This document shows positions 50,096 to 64,000 of a stretch of 64,000 nt of DNA, one piece after another. A program made the position numbers and the translations under genes. Position 1 is the first letter of the stretch. Each line of letters opens with the position of its first letter. The DNA is taken from the NCBI RefSeq assembly GCF_006345805.1, contig NC_042997.1:52700001-52764000 (forward strand). The letters run 5' to 3'. Origin of the DNA: Octopus sinensis (Eukaryota). The notes under the pieces were generated by a model. That model was not told the origin of the DNA and made no database searches. It saw nothing but the letters and a program-made list of their open reading frames with translations.

Positions 50096-50989
50096 TTTAG
50101 TAGACTGCTGAGTTAAAATAATTTTCTGTATAAAATCTGGAAATTTTCTCTAAATATTGAAAATATTCAAATACAAGTGAAATATTTTAAAGTAAGAACT
50201 GTTGAAAATGAAAATTCACCGTTCTAAGAGTAAACCTTTAAAAGCAGAGGAACAATTAGAACACATAACGTTTAAAACAATATTTGCAAAAGGAAATTCT
50301 TAGCTGAAACGGTGCAAATAATGCCTGAATGACACAATAATGTTTGAGTCATGTGCCAAAGAAAAACTCATGTTTTCTTATTTATATACACAGTATAAAT
50401 TATCTTTGAAACTATTTGTTCGTTTGTAGTCCTCTGTGTGTGTGTGTATGATTAAGGGGAAAGAAAATAGACGACAACTATTGTTGGACATTGTTAAAAA
50501 TGAGAGAGAGAGAAGAGCGTTGCAATCGTATTAGTCTGGTCTATGAAAACTAGTCACTGCTTATAATAGATATGAACTCATAGTATTTACAAGAGAAGTC
50601 AGAAGGAAAGTTACAGCATTTACGCCTTCATCCAGAGCGTTAGCAAAGAAATTGAAGCGGCTGAACAAAGAATCAAAATGGGATCCATGAGACGGGTCAC
50701 CGAAAATGTAGTTCGTGTTTGATGAGTGTCGTCTAAAGCTATGAATCATGACATTCATATCATCACAAATGAATTTATCTAAAATAATAACAGCCGGGCA
50801 AAATTATTGTTTTTCTCCATGGTGGCTAATTTTTTTTGTCGCTAGAATTTAACAAAATATTTCTTGTTAATGTCAGTTTTGGTTAACCCCAGTTCAAACC
50901 TGGATCAGAAACACTATCATCAAAGACATGGTCATCTCATTTAAAGTGTCTTTTCCTTAAGACAGCAGGGTTATATTTGAAGAAACATT

Positions 50990-51180
50990 GGTTTCAAATT
51001 TTGGCACAAAGCTAACAATTTCAGGTGTGAGAGAGTAAGTCGATTACATCGCGACCCCGAAAGGATGAAAGTAAAGTCAATCTTGGAGGACGTAAACACA
51101 GACGTAAAGAACGTAAAAACAGACGAAATGCCGCTAAGGATTTTGCCCAGTGTACTAACGACTCTGTCATCTCGCTGCCT
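50990..51180 (-). mobile_element. Diverged family-A SINE
   Basis: Contains AAGTCGATTACATCG, ACCCCGAAAGGATGAAAG and GACGAAATGCCGCTAAG. Confidence 0.7.
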
Positions 51181-54100
51181 AAATATTTAAAGAAGTATTG
51201 ACTATTTCTTTCAGGGTTGTTGAACAACCACTTAAATACTCCTCACGTTGTTTATGATGTTGTTTCTGATTGAGTAGATTCATGATTAAACGCGTTTTAT
51301 CTAGAAGCATCCCGTCTTTTTGTATATATAAGAGTACATCGTCCAATGTATTTTTCCTTTTATTAGATGCGAGAGTATGGTGTTAAGTGAATTCGAAGCC
51401 ATCATATAGAGGCTCCCTCGCGGGTTCGTATTTTTTATGCAGTTGTTAGTGTTGTTTCTGTTTTAACTTCCACTAATGGAGTTAATGGCGCAGTTAGTCT
51501 CCAAAACTTAAAATAAGATTTCTGAAATGGATAATGAATATGTTCGGAGGGAGGATGATTGATTTTGTCAGTGGTATATCGAATAAACATGTCATAATAT
51601 AGTTTTGGAATAAATGTGTTTTAGATGTAATTTCTTCAAATATAGATTAGAAAATTATGGCGGAAACTAAGAAAGCCACGAGATCTATATTTAACAAAGA
51701 ACGAAATGTCATTTCCGAAAAAGCTGTTAATAAACTTAGCAGATGTTGCAACTGTAAAGAAATTATGAATCAAACGGAAACAATAACAGCAAAAACTTGA
51801 ACATCAAAGCAGTTTTTTTTTTCATAATTATCCGAGGAATACTATCTGAATTTGTAATAATACTCAATTAAAACCCCCAAATAGATGAAGTAGGAAATGA
51901 AAATCCATTGTAGAATGTGAAAATATTTTAACTTTCACAGTTTAACAACATGTAGCAACAGACAACACATTAACGTGCCATTTACGTTCCATTAAAATAA
52001 TTGCCAAGATTTGACATTTCTCCAGACAGGCTGATAATGAATATTCTTTATAGAATACCAAACCAATGACTTTTATAGCAAAGATGTCAGATATTTCTGT
52101 AAAACTATGCGTATTAGTCCAAGCCTAGAGCAACTGTTATTGATGGAAACACAATTAATTCACTTTGATGATTCGTTCAAATAATTAATATATTTCTGAA
52201 TGAAAAGATTTGGTTTCGTTAATGCAAGCTACTAAATTCAATTTCCATTTGGTATGGGGTTCAATCACTCTGTCACTATCTCTCTTTTACGCTTACCTAC
52301 TTTTCTATCTGGTAAATGATTGATATATTTCTATATGATGTGATAGTCATGTCTGGAATACCGTCGATCATAGTTGTGATAAATCAAGATTGACTTGGTG
52401 CTAAACAACAACAGCAGCAATAGCAGCAGCAGTGGTGGCGGCAGCAGCTGCAGCAGCAATAACTCTTTTGCTAAAGGGCTGACTTGGAATTTCAAATTTC
52501 CAGAATCGATAATATACATATCAGTTACATACTGTATCGCTTCAATTAACTATACCATTAACTCTATAAAATCTTCTGCTGAATCAAAAGAAACTAATAC
52601 TTATTTTAACTAATAACTTTTTTCATATCCACCAATGTATACAAAACTCGGTTCTCTTCGATTCTACTTCAAAGAAAATTGATCTGCAATTGATTTTGAA
52701 AATCAGAATTCCTTTCAGATTACTCAATATTGAAATGGCAAACTATTTTCATTTGTTTTGTAAGCGTAGCTTTATTATTTTTCTTCAAAACATTATTGTT
52801 TTTTTTTTTGTTTCATCTCCTAAGCCACTTGACTTCAAAGGACGGATTATATCTTATTTAGTTTTGTAAGCAGATTACATAGGATAGTTAGATACATGCT
52901 TTATTTGACATATCGTGCAATAGACTTTTCATATCTTCTTTTTGTATTGATTTATTACATTTCGAATAGTTAAATTCATGTCTGTCCTAAATTTACAATA
53001 AAAGCGTTAATATTAAACAAAATAGCATAAAGATCTTTTAGTTTCATCTTATTAGAAGATTTGTATATACAATGTATATCAGTTGTTACTAACTACGATA
53101 AATGTAATATAGCTTTACATAAGGGGACTTAGCAACTGTATTTTAAGAAACAGCAATGATAAGAAACAAACAATATCTCTAGATATTAATAAAGTTTTGT
53201 CCAGAAACTATAGAAATTTAATATGTTGTATTTCATGTTTATGTAATGTTTTGTCCATAAATATTGAGCAGTCTAAACGAAGTTATGATTCACTGAAGAA
53301 TAAAATACTTAGTCGCTAGAATATTATAAGTAAAAAAAAAAGACAAAAAACGCAAAAAAATCCCCCAAAACCTTGAATTTGCGCAAAGCAATACTTAAAT
53401 CTTCAAATAACTTCTACACATCTAAGAGTTAATATTTATAATCTCGACTTCAATTAAATATTTTAATATTTTTAGTATGTTAAAGTTGCAGACAAACACT
53501 GGAAACCAGTTAATTGATTGTATCGTACCTCCAAAAATATGTGGACTTAGACAAGTTTCAGAGATAAATATTTTAACTAACATGCTTTATTGTACTCCAC
53601 CCCAACCACACAAAATAAGAAAGTATTTTCTTCTGATTACCTTATAATTTACCTTGGCAACGTTTCTACTACACTTAAATACATTTCATTATCTGTTCTT
53701 CCTCCAAGGCCTTGTGACTATAATAGAAAGGATTATTTATATTCTCTTACCTATAGACATTAAAATATTTGCCCTTAACAACTGCACATCAACACACAAT
53801 ACAGATGGCAAACCAACAAAGTGGTCGCTAAATCTGTTGAAAATAGAAACCAAATTCCTTTAACGCGCACACACGTGTGCATGTGTGCGTGTGTATGTGT
53901 GTGTGTGTGTGTGGTGTAAAAGAAGAGCTAGTTATGGTTTTCACGCCTTTGATCATAGGCCTGTCCAGAGAGGTCTTTTCTTAGGTTAAACAGCAACATT
54001 TAGAAAATCAGATTGTTATGCATAACTATACGCATGAAATAGCCAATATTATGTGAACACTATATTCATGGTTCTAATCGTATTCATATGAGCACACATA

Positions 54101-55819
54101 TATAAACATTTTCATAATCATAAGCTATTATACCAGTTTATTAAAAAAAAAAACAGTGGATAATATGGGTCCCAATTTTTTAAAATCAAATTTCTTTTGT
54201 ATAGGCATGTAAATGTCCATATTTAAAAAAAAATGATATTTGACAGAAAACCGTCATATGATTAAAGAAGAAATATGTGAAACTAATGTGGCTGGTTTGC
54301 CAGGAAAAAATGCAGGCGATTGATATCACAAAGAAGCAGACGATATCTGGTGCCTATATGAACTATTTGTATTCGACCTCAAGAGAAATGAGGAAATAAC
54401 ATTTTTATTATTTGTACATTTCGTAGACTTTTCTTTTATTTGTTAAATAAAAGCATGTACAAAAACGAAGGTACAACTCCAAAGATGATTTTATGTATTA
54501 ATGTCAATATTTTCAACATAAGCATTTAATACTTCTTTTTACATAAGTTTGTGTAGACACGCGGTAGGGTGGGGTGGAGTGGAGTGGAATACATAAACGA
54601 ATCCGAAGTATTACTTTGTCTAAACTCGGAGTCTCAACTCCTGACGGAATTACAGAGGCGTCGTCGTGACATACGGTACGTCTTAGGCATTTAAAAATAT
54701 TTGATGGTGTCCATCGCTCTTCAGGTCTGAACTTACATGATTTCTTCCAGGCAGTAGATGGAAAGAAAGAGAAGAATCGTTACCAGTAAAGGGCTGGTAC
54801 TTTATTTACCACTACCCAAAAGATGAAATGGAAGCTGACCTCGGCCAGATTTGATGTCAGAGAAGTTTTACTTAAAACACAAAGCAATTAATCTGAGCAC
54901 CGCTCCAACGACTCGGCAAATTTCCCCTTTTATCCGAAATATTGATGTTTGTTGCTGTTGTTTGCACATTATAATTCATATTTGTTATAGTTTGCGACGC
55001 TTCATTTACATTTTATCTTTTGGTGTTGCAGCAGTGTTGAACTTCACTGGCAGCAACGCATATATTTGTGTGTCTCTTCTCTTCTCTTCTTCACCACGCA
55101 TATTTTTCTCTGTTACTTTCATGAACACATACTTTTCTCCCGTCTGTCGCAAGACACTTATTTCTGTGATGAATGCGTTGCATACAGTCTATGGCTATCA
55201 TACAGAGTAGCCACAAACTATGTGTGTTACTATATGCATGCCAGCAAGGGTGCTTGTATACTGTTGCTCCATACGCAAAAATATCAGCCCACTTTTCTAT
55301 AAATCATTCTCTCGTCTTATAAAATGATATAGTATAGTTCTAGATATATAAAAAAGTTCGTCGTCGATTTCTATAACTACTAACAGTGGCACCAGCAGAA
55401 GTGCTAGTAGTGGTAGTAGTAGCAGAAAAGTTACATATATATGTATAATTTATACAGACAAACAGACAGACAGATAGACAGATACATAGATAAATAGGTA
55501 GATAGAAAAATTGATTGATTGATTGATAGTCAGGCAGACAGTCAGGTAGGTAAGTGGATAGAACAATAAATTCTGCAAGACTTGTTTTTCTCGCCACAAA
55601 ATTTGTCAAAGAGCCCTCTTTGAGAAATTCTTTAGCGAAAAAAATATGTATGTATGTGTATATGTGTATGTGTGTATGTATATTTATATGTGTGTGTATA
55701 TATATATATGTATGTATGTATGTATGCATGTATGTAAGTATGTGGATACATGTGTGTGTGTGTGTATATATGTATATACATATATACGAAGAAACATCTT
55801 TAGTATATTCTGTCCTGCT

Positions 55820-56263
<444 letters not shown>

Positions 56264-57443
56264 AATATGAGACTAGAAAAAGAGCCAACAACTGATAAAG
56301 GGTCATTCTTTGTTGTTTGTGTTGTTTTCCATTTGTGTCTTTCGTTGTTCGAAAGAATAGTACATGTTCCATGTTCTCGTGCTTCGTACGTTTTTGTTGT
56401 ACACTTTTCAAGACGTCCTATACCCACATATGCATATACCTATATACGTATAGATGTAAGTATGTACATATACGTAGGTATATATGCATACACACACGCA
56501 CACACACACAAGACTTCGTAGCTTGTAGTTACACTTGCTTACCTTCCCCCATCACCAACATTACCATCACCACGAATAAAATCATTAGTTTAAATTCACA
56601 AATAAAGTACGCAGTCATGAATACCATACACAGACGCATACTCAAACATATACCAACACATGTACGTCTCTACACTTATCTCATTCACTCTTAAACATGT
56701 GCGCACTTTCTCTCACTCAGTATTTTACACGCTTTCTCACTCTTTGTTTCACACACATACATAAGTACATGTGTACATTTTCTCATACACATTTGTATAC
56801 AGTCCACATACACTCGCATTTTATATGCATATTATAGACACACGCATACGAACTGAGCTTTCCGGCTTTGTTTTGACGATTTGGTAAGGTTTCCAAAGTT
56901 GTGAAGATATTTTGTATTGAACCACCAACAATTAGCTTTTGGCTCAAAGCCAGATACACATCCTTCTTTACAAACACACGCATCCGTGTGCACGTACACA
57001 CGTACACTACACACACCATGCACCCGAAAACACCCACCCACCCAGCACAGCATAAACAAACAAAAATCTGAACCTGCCAAATCTTTAGGGTGCATGAAAG
57101 AATTACTTGCATGAAATTAATCCTAAATGCAGTTGGATAACCAAAGATACTGCCACACGACCACACGCAAACGTTTGTCTCCTTTTTAAGAGTTTTGAAG
57201 TGATGCTATTTTTGCTGCTTTCTTATACGTACCGTGTAATAGACTAAATTTCGTATTTTCTGTTAATGTAGCTTAAAGTAAAAATTAAACTTTGTAAATC
57301 AAAAGAAAAATTAAGACAATATAAAAATTTTATATGTAAAAATTAGACATTTTATATTTTTGACTGACAAAATTCGATTGAACTGCAGCAAGGAATAATT
57401 ATTTATACTCTAAGCACAAGGCCTTGACAGCAAAGAATGAATT

Positions 57444-57667
57444 TATAGTAATCTCTTGCCATATCGTGGTTCACCTATCGCAGTTTATTATTTAAGATTA
57501 CGTCGATCCTCTGTGGTGTTGTTTTGCATTCATAATAATAAAATATATATACAAATTATATACATATAAAAATATATATACTGTACAGTACTGTTTCTAC
57601 TTCGCGGATTTTCACCTATCGCGGGGGTTTTGGAACGTAACAACCTCGAAAGTCGAGGTATTACTTT
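57444..57667. mobile_element. Decayed Tigger/pogo-type MITE
   Basis: The ends TATAGTAATCTCTTGCCATATCG and CCTCGAAAGTCGAGGTATTACTTTA resemble TACAGTAATCCCTCG TIRs. TTCACCTATCGC occurs twice internally. Confidence 0.55.
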
Positions 57668-59396
57668 ATAAGACAAGCTGAACGTTAACTTCTTTTTTAA
57701 CAATTATACTTTTGTATATATTTATACATATTTGTATCAATTACTCACTTCAGCTAGGAAGGACAAAAGGCAAACTTTCTACTGACATTATTTAAAGTTA
57801 AACCCATAGCTAATTACTGTTAGGCATCTGATATTTTTTTCCTACAAAGATTAACATAACTTTTTGAATGTTATAATTATTTGAAGATAAATGTTCCTAC
57901 CTAATTTTATCTTTACGTGAACGTATGCACTCACAAACAAACATTTATGTAGACCAATAGGATGAGTGAATGGGCTGACCTAAAACGCCGCTCGATTTTA
58001 GCAGAAAACACAGTTGCAAACATTCAGAATCAATATAGCGACTGTTACAAAATATCTCTCAAGAGGGGTTCGCGTCAGATGAAATAATTATTGCTATAGC
58101 ACGCTGCGCAATCATTTAAGGCGTAATCCCTTATACTGTTTCTAATCCAGTATATGACCGGTGTCCTTTCTCAGCGGTCCTGAAATTTTGAGAAGTGCAC
58201 CTCAAGTCATTGATTTTTTATTGGATTGAACTCAGAGAATAAGGAAGAGACTGACTAAGGCGTTTAGTGAGTGTCAGGGAGACTTATACAGTAAGTGAAA
58301 ATGTAACTTTTATTTGTACAACTTTTCATACCGTAGCCATGTAGAGGGAATTAAATGATTTGAATGTAATTATGCATTCAAACTTATTTTGCAGGATAAT
58401 ACGATCACTAGGTAAAAAGTGTTGAGATTTATATGCAAATATCTAATAAAACATACTTATGTATATAAGTATAGGGAATTCAAGAAGATTATACGGCGAT
58501 TATACTCCGCATTGTACTAGAGATAGAAAGAAATCTACGGTGCTATTTATTTTTATTATCTGAAATCTTGTGTCTAATAGATTAAACTTTTATATTTTAT
58601 CTTAAACTCTATGTTATGCATGCACAATACGCATAAAGTAATCACACGCCGGCAAATATATTAATATTACAAATTAAAAAAATAATAAAAACATACAATG
58701 AATAAAAAGACAAAAGAAACAGTTAAATGATACATGCTGATTTTATGTTTATTTAGAAATCTACAATGAAGAGGTCATTTCACACACGCTAAACTATAAA
58801 TTTCACAGGGTACAACTTTAAAGTTGACACCACTCCGCTAAACGCAGAAAATTTCTGTCTCGCTATTGCTTATAAATACACAGATTTTCCGATTTTTAAT
58901 CCTCTGTAACTTTTTCTTCCAATTTTTTTCTCCACAACATCATACTTTCATAGCAATTAGACTGGACAGCTTTATTATTATAGCCGATTTTCAGATTTTT
59001 CATACTGTCTTTTAAAAAATGCATATTTTGCGAATGATAAAAAAAACTAGATACCATTTTATTGCCGAATTATGCACTTTCTACGCTCCATCCGTCTCCA
59101 CGTTCTGACCTTCTCTTGGTATAGCAGAAACGTTAGAGTAGCAATTCTAGCACTACGCTTTCTTAAGTTCTAATTTCAAATTTCACCTTTTATTAAATTT
59201 TAAATTTTACCTTCTTTACTAAACAAGTTCACTTTTTTTTTCAGGACATCAGAGTCAATAAAATAAGTGTTTTACCTTCTCACAAATTTTTGGACTCGAA
59301 GTTACGACTTTTCTTACATAGAGATAGAAAATAATAGACAAGACATAACAATTATAGAAAGGAAAAGCAAGGTTGCTTACTAATCAATCAATCATA

Positions 59397-59751
59397 CCCA
59401 TTTGATTCCAGGATCGTAAAGAAAGAGGGGAAAAAAATACAATCCCTTAACATTTGAAATAGCATGCGAAATAGTAATTTGGAGCATGCGAACAGTAATG
59501 GTCGTGCCTATAATGAATGGTGCGTTGGGAACAGTAAGTAAAGATATGGACAAATGACTGAAGGAGATTGGAATAGTATGCCCGGTAGAGTTCCTACAGA
59601 AAGTTTCTCTCTTAGGGACAGTAATGATTATCAGGAGGGGTCTAAGCATTTGAAAGATATCTGAAAACTTGTGGGTACCTAAGGTTACAGGTAGTAATCC
59701 GCTATCTACATAAACGCTACTAGGAATAAGACCGAACCTGAGCCAAACCAA

Positions 59752-59806
<55 letters not shown>

Positions 59807-59830
59807 TAATAATAATAACAACAACAACAA
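59397..59830 (+). mobile_element. R4/Dong-like LINE 3' end with (AAT)n tail (fragment 1)
   Basis: Translates PFDSRIVKKE and WSMRTVMVVPIMNGALGTVSKDMDK*LKEIGIVCPVEFLQKVSLLGTVMIIRRGLSI*. (AAT)n spans 59751-59830. Confidence 0.8.
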
Positions 59831-59930
59831 TATTTTAATCAGTAAATATTATCAAAAGTATTTTTAAATGTACATAACAGCAAATATCTTTTAACTGTCA
59901 TCTTAAGATCACACTATCATGTTATAATCA

Positions 59931-60165
59931 CATTGCTTTTAAAGCAAACTTCTAATTTTCTTATGTTTTGACAAATATTCTCTAGAACAATACTTGTGCA
60001 AAACCAAAAGTACGGCACCCTAGTCGTAACATCAACCTGAACTTCTAACTTGTTTTCTGTTGAGGTCTCTGGGTGAGACTTGGAGTCAACTTGTACAAAT
60101 ACAAAGTAAAAGCCAAACATATAATAACAATGATGATGATGATGATGACGACGACGACGACGACG

Positions 60166-60203
<38 letters not shown>

Positions 60204-60215
60204 AATAATAATAAA
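59931..60215 (+). mobile_element. Probable LINE 3'-UTR fragment with AAT/GAT/GAC/AAC tail (fragment 2)
   Basis: About 190 bp of complex non-coding sequence ending directly in a trinucleotide tract, between two R4-like fragments. No coding motif was seen. Confidence 0.35.
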
Positions 60216-60220
60216 AATAA

Positions 60221-60875
60221 GTGATAAGTACAGAATCTGTGGACAAAATGGTGAAACTGTATGACATATTACCAGCCAATGCACGCCACTAGTCCAGAAG
60301 GAATATAACAGACGCCACGACAATATAGCAAGGCTTGTCCATCGGACACTTTGCAACAAGTATGGACTTGACAGAGCAAAAAATTGGTACGACCACAAAC
60401 CCGAAGGCATCGTCGAAAATAAAAATGCAAAGATCCTATGGGATTTTATGATTCAGTGCGACCATGAGATAGAGAATAGGAAGCCAAACATAGTCTTAAT
60501 TGAGAAAGAAAGCAAACTATGCTGGATCATAGATATAGCATGCCCGGCTGACAACAAGGTATGCGATAAGGAAGAAAGAAAAGTCGATAGATATGACAGG
60601 TTAGCTTGGGAGGTTAAGCAGTTGTGGTCGAGGAAAAAAGGTAGCAGTAGTACCAATAATTGTCGGAGCCTGGGAACAGTGAGCAAAGATTTCGAGAAGT
60701 ACGTGGAACAAATAGGAGCCGCAATAAAGGTGGAGCACTTGCAGAAAACAGCACTGCTTGGAACCGTCCAAATACTCCGGAAGGGGCTCGAAAAATAAGG
60801 GGTGTTACCTTAGTTCACTGGTAGTGAACAGCTGACACCTCAGTACATCTCCAGCGATAGAAGCTGCGCAAAGGC

Positions 60876-60932
<57 letters not shown>

Positions 60933-60946
60933 TAATAATAATAATA
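60221..60946 (+). mobile_element. R4/Dong-like LINE C-terminus (CCHC knuckle + restriction-like endonuclease) with (AAT)n tail (fragment 3)
   Basis: Translates YRICGQNGETV*HITSQC, EYNRRHDNIAR, KILWDFMIQCDHEIENRKPNIV, IIDIACPAD, EERKVDRY, PIIVGALGTV and LQKTALLGT. The knuckle C is changed to Y, catalytic PD to PN, and there is a frameshift at ~60640. Confidence 0.9.
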
Positions 60947-62156
60947 GCACTCATCCACCAATTCAGTCATCATCCGACAAACAACAAATATTTCATGGAA
61001 TTACATTACACAACACATATTCTTACATAAGCCATACTCGACTCTGCAACACCAACGACTCGCGGAACATTAGTCTACAGCTGCATTCCAGTTTTACAAC
61101 ACAACTCACGTAGCTCGTGTTCAACATATTCAGCGAGCACCATTAAAACATCTAGCGTAAACCACACAACACGAACGAAACACAATCACCTCGCAACATA
61201 ATAAAAAAACAAACTTACATTACTCATACACTGTACAACAGACTGAACACTAAACTAACACCTAGAACAGGAAAAACAAATCCCACAGCAAAGAAGAATG
61301 GATGATAAAATATAAACGTTTACGATTATTAATTTCCTAAAGACTATGTGATTCACGCATCAAAAATACAGAAGTGTACCTGGTGATGCAATTGAAACTT
61401 GCATATAATCGCTAAAAACATGATAAATAATGCATTTCTGCCTCCAATTTTGTCCATATTTTCTCTCTCTTTACCTCTCTGTCTCCCGCTTCCTCTCTAT
61501 GTAAGAAGAAACTCCTACTGCTGTTAGCTGAAAAATACGTCTTCGCTTTCTAGTTTATCTATTTTTATTTTATTTTTACGTTTTCATGAGAAAGTAGGAA
61601 GGGGTTGAAAGGAGTGCAGTGAAATTACTCTTTGGTTGTGAGAAGCGAATGAGGATAAGGCAGAGAAATCTTATCTTAATGTTAACTTGATAAATGAAAC
61701 TAACGCTTGATTTCATTCCAAAAGGTCTCCATCTTAACTTCACATACACATAGCTACAGAAGGAAATGCAAACATCCTGATATACTCAAAACATAAATAT
61801 TCACACCCTGGTTTGAGTAAAATGCCTTGGCAGAATTCATGGGAACAGCAAATCAAATGTCTTGAATGCTAGAAGTTGGTTGCCGATTAAAGGGTAAGTT
61901 GGATATAACAACTGGGTTTCATGAAAATGAAAACGTGTACTACATGTGTATGTTAAATTCATATATATATATATATATATATATATACTAAGCAATAAGG
62001 GTTTAGCAACGAGTTGCCTTACCACATACCGAATTTAGAAATAGCAGTCAAAGGGTTATAGCTATTTCTTCTACTAAAAAGGGAGATCTCATAAAAACAG
62101 CATTGGAAGGCAGACACAAACAGGTAAGAGAGAATGAATTGACTGCAATCTATCAT

Positions 62157-62200
<44 letters not shown>

Positions 62201-62380
62201 GTATGTATGTATGTATGTATATATATATATTATATAAATATATGCGTCCATGCATACATACATTCATACATATATACATACATACACACACATACACATT
62301 TATATATAGGTAAGGAGCAAATGTTTATGCTGTAAGCTCTTACTTATTGTATTTAATCTAAATAAAGCATAAATACAATA

Positions 62381-62678
62381 TGGAGGCGCAATGGCCCAGT
62401 GGTTAGGGCAGCGGACTCGCGCTCGGAGGATCATCCAGACCGGGTGTTGTGAGTGTTAATTGAGCGAAAACACCTAAAGCTCCACGAGGCTCCGGCAGGG
62501 GGTGGTGGCGACCCCTCTTGTACTCTTTCGCCCTAACTTTCACTCTTTCTTCCTGTTTCTTGAGTAACGTTGCGATGGACTGGCGTCCCGTCCAGCTGGG
62601 GGGGGGGGGCGCATATACCATAGAAACCGGGAAACCGGGCCCATGAGCCTGGCTAGGCTTGAAAAGAGCGCATAAATA
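62381..62678 (+). mobile_element. tRNA-derived SINE, family C (V-domain-like)
   Basis: Head GGAGGCGCAATGGCCCAGTGGTTAGGGCAGCGGACTCGC. Central GCGATGGACTGGCGTCCCGTCCAGCTGGGG. Confidence 0.8.
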
Positions 62679-63096
62679 AATATATAATACAATATATATT
62701 GTGCTAATACATAAAATAAAATTACTAAATTATATATTAAAGAGTATATAAGTTTTTCTTCCCTCGTTAGCTTTTCATCTTCCCTAGACGGACAAAATAA
62801 AATATCTCTTAAGTAATGGTGTCAATAAAATCACCAACATTTGTATCAAACAATAAGTCATCAACATCACTATCAAACATAGAATACTAAATTAATAATT
62901 ATTCTTACATTGACTTGGAACTCAAGGTCAAAACACAAGACAGTTTCAGTTAATGCCTGAGGCTATAGGCTGCTGGGAAATTATTGACTTTTTTCGAGAA
63001 AGTAGCCATCTAAAACACACACACGAGCACATGTCTATTGTTATTTCTTGCAAGTACTGTATGCTATTATAGTGTATGTTATAAAATATGTTTTAT

Positions 63097-63478
63097 TTGG
63101 CGTGGCTGTATGGTAAGAAGCTTGCCAACCATGTGGTTCCGGGTTCAGTCCCACTGCGTGGCATGTTGGATAAGTGTCTTCTACTACAGCCTCGGGCCGA
63201 CCAAAGCCTTGTGAGTGGATTTAGTAGACGGAAACTGAAAGAAGCTCGTCGTATTATGTGTGTGTACATATATCTGTGTGTGTCTGTGTTTGTCCTCCGC
63301 CATTCCTTGACAACCGATGCTGATGTGTTTATGTCCCTATAACTTAGCAGTTCGGCAAAAAGGACTGATTGAGTAAATATTAGGCTTACAAAGAATAAGT
63401 CCTGGGGTTGAGTTTTTCGACTAGAACCCTTTAAGGCGGTGCTCTAGCATGGTCGTAGGCAAATGACTGAAACAAAAA
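63097..63478 (+). mobile_element. tRNA-derived SINE, family B
   Basis: GGCGTGGCTGTATGGTAAG, GGTTCAGTCCCACTGCGTGGC, CTCGGGCCGACCAAAGCCTTGTGAGTGG and CAAATGACTGAAAC. Confidence 0.85.
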
Positions 63479-64000
63479 TATATATCTACAATTTGGTGGC
63501 AGTGACACTTTATAGTATATTGAAAGTCACTTATAATTACAGATGTTGTCAAACGGTTGTTATTAGGAAAATTTGTGACTCCTTAACCCGTTCAGGAAGT
63601 TGTCATATACTCTTCTTAATGTCATCAGCCGGTTTCTTCGCTTTGTGATCACAATAAACGACTTCTATCGTATATTATGATACTACCAAGAAATAACATA
63701 AAAGTGAATATAACGGAGTGTGTCAAACGATTATCATATCTGCTTCACTGTGAAATTATTTCAATTTCAAGTCAAGCTCAAGTCTTTGTGTATGTACGTC
63801 TAAAATACACTTCATAAATATTCTTCTAGTATAAATATTGTTCTAGTAAAACTGAAAGTGCAGTTGGCTCAAATGCAACAAAGCTATCAGCAGTTTGCAT
63901 CTGGTCACCAGTGCTACTTTCAACTATGCGAGACATAAATGCTAACGTTTTGAGCAAGATATCACTTTTCTGAAGAATGGCTTTGTTCGAAAAATCAGAA

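Noticed and set aside
51300-51660. Possible old LINE 3' remnant on the minus strand (NTLDDVLLYIQK)
   Set aside because: It is a single short motif, which is insufficient.
59392-59751. 119-aa minus-strand ORF (also 12774-13145, 25044-25292, 27259-27507)
   Set aside because: These are antisense shadows of retroelement coding sequence on the other strand.
63500-64000. Faint transposon-protein-like motifs on the minus strand (EADMII, DTTS-like) and a 57-codon open frame at the window edge
   Set aside because: There are multiple stops and frameshifts, and no family can be assigned without a search.

Overview
This is AT-rich, microsatellite-dense eukaryotic DNA. It is most likely cephalopod (octopus-like), inferred from the SINE families and the repeat landscape. 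No host protein-coding gene can be supported, and most listed ORFs are translations of microsatellites. The window is a transposon-rich intronic or intergenic region. It contains a mariner element interrupted by a 5'-truncated CR1-group LINE (11.3-14.3 kb) and a near-perfect 3.5-kb fold-back Penelope-like retroelement (RT + GIY-YIG, 24.5-28.1 kb) inserted in (TA)n. It also contains several hammerhead-ribozyme-like motifs linked to Penelope-type termini, and a non-autonomous hAT element with an 8-bp TSD that carries a tandem CRE/CCAAT array and splits a SINE. Further elements are stacked R4/Dong-like LINE 3' ends in (AAT)n, Helentron-type non-autonomous elements, several mariner/Tigger derivatives, about 20 tRNA-derived SINE copies of three families, and one degenerate tRNA-Asp gene. 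All calls were made by eye with no database searches. Boundaries of old elements are approximate.
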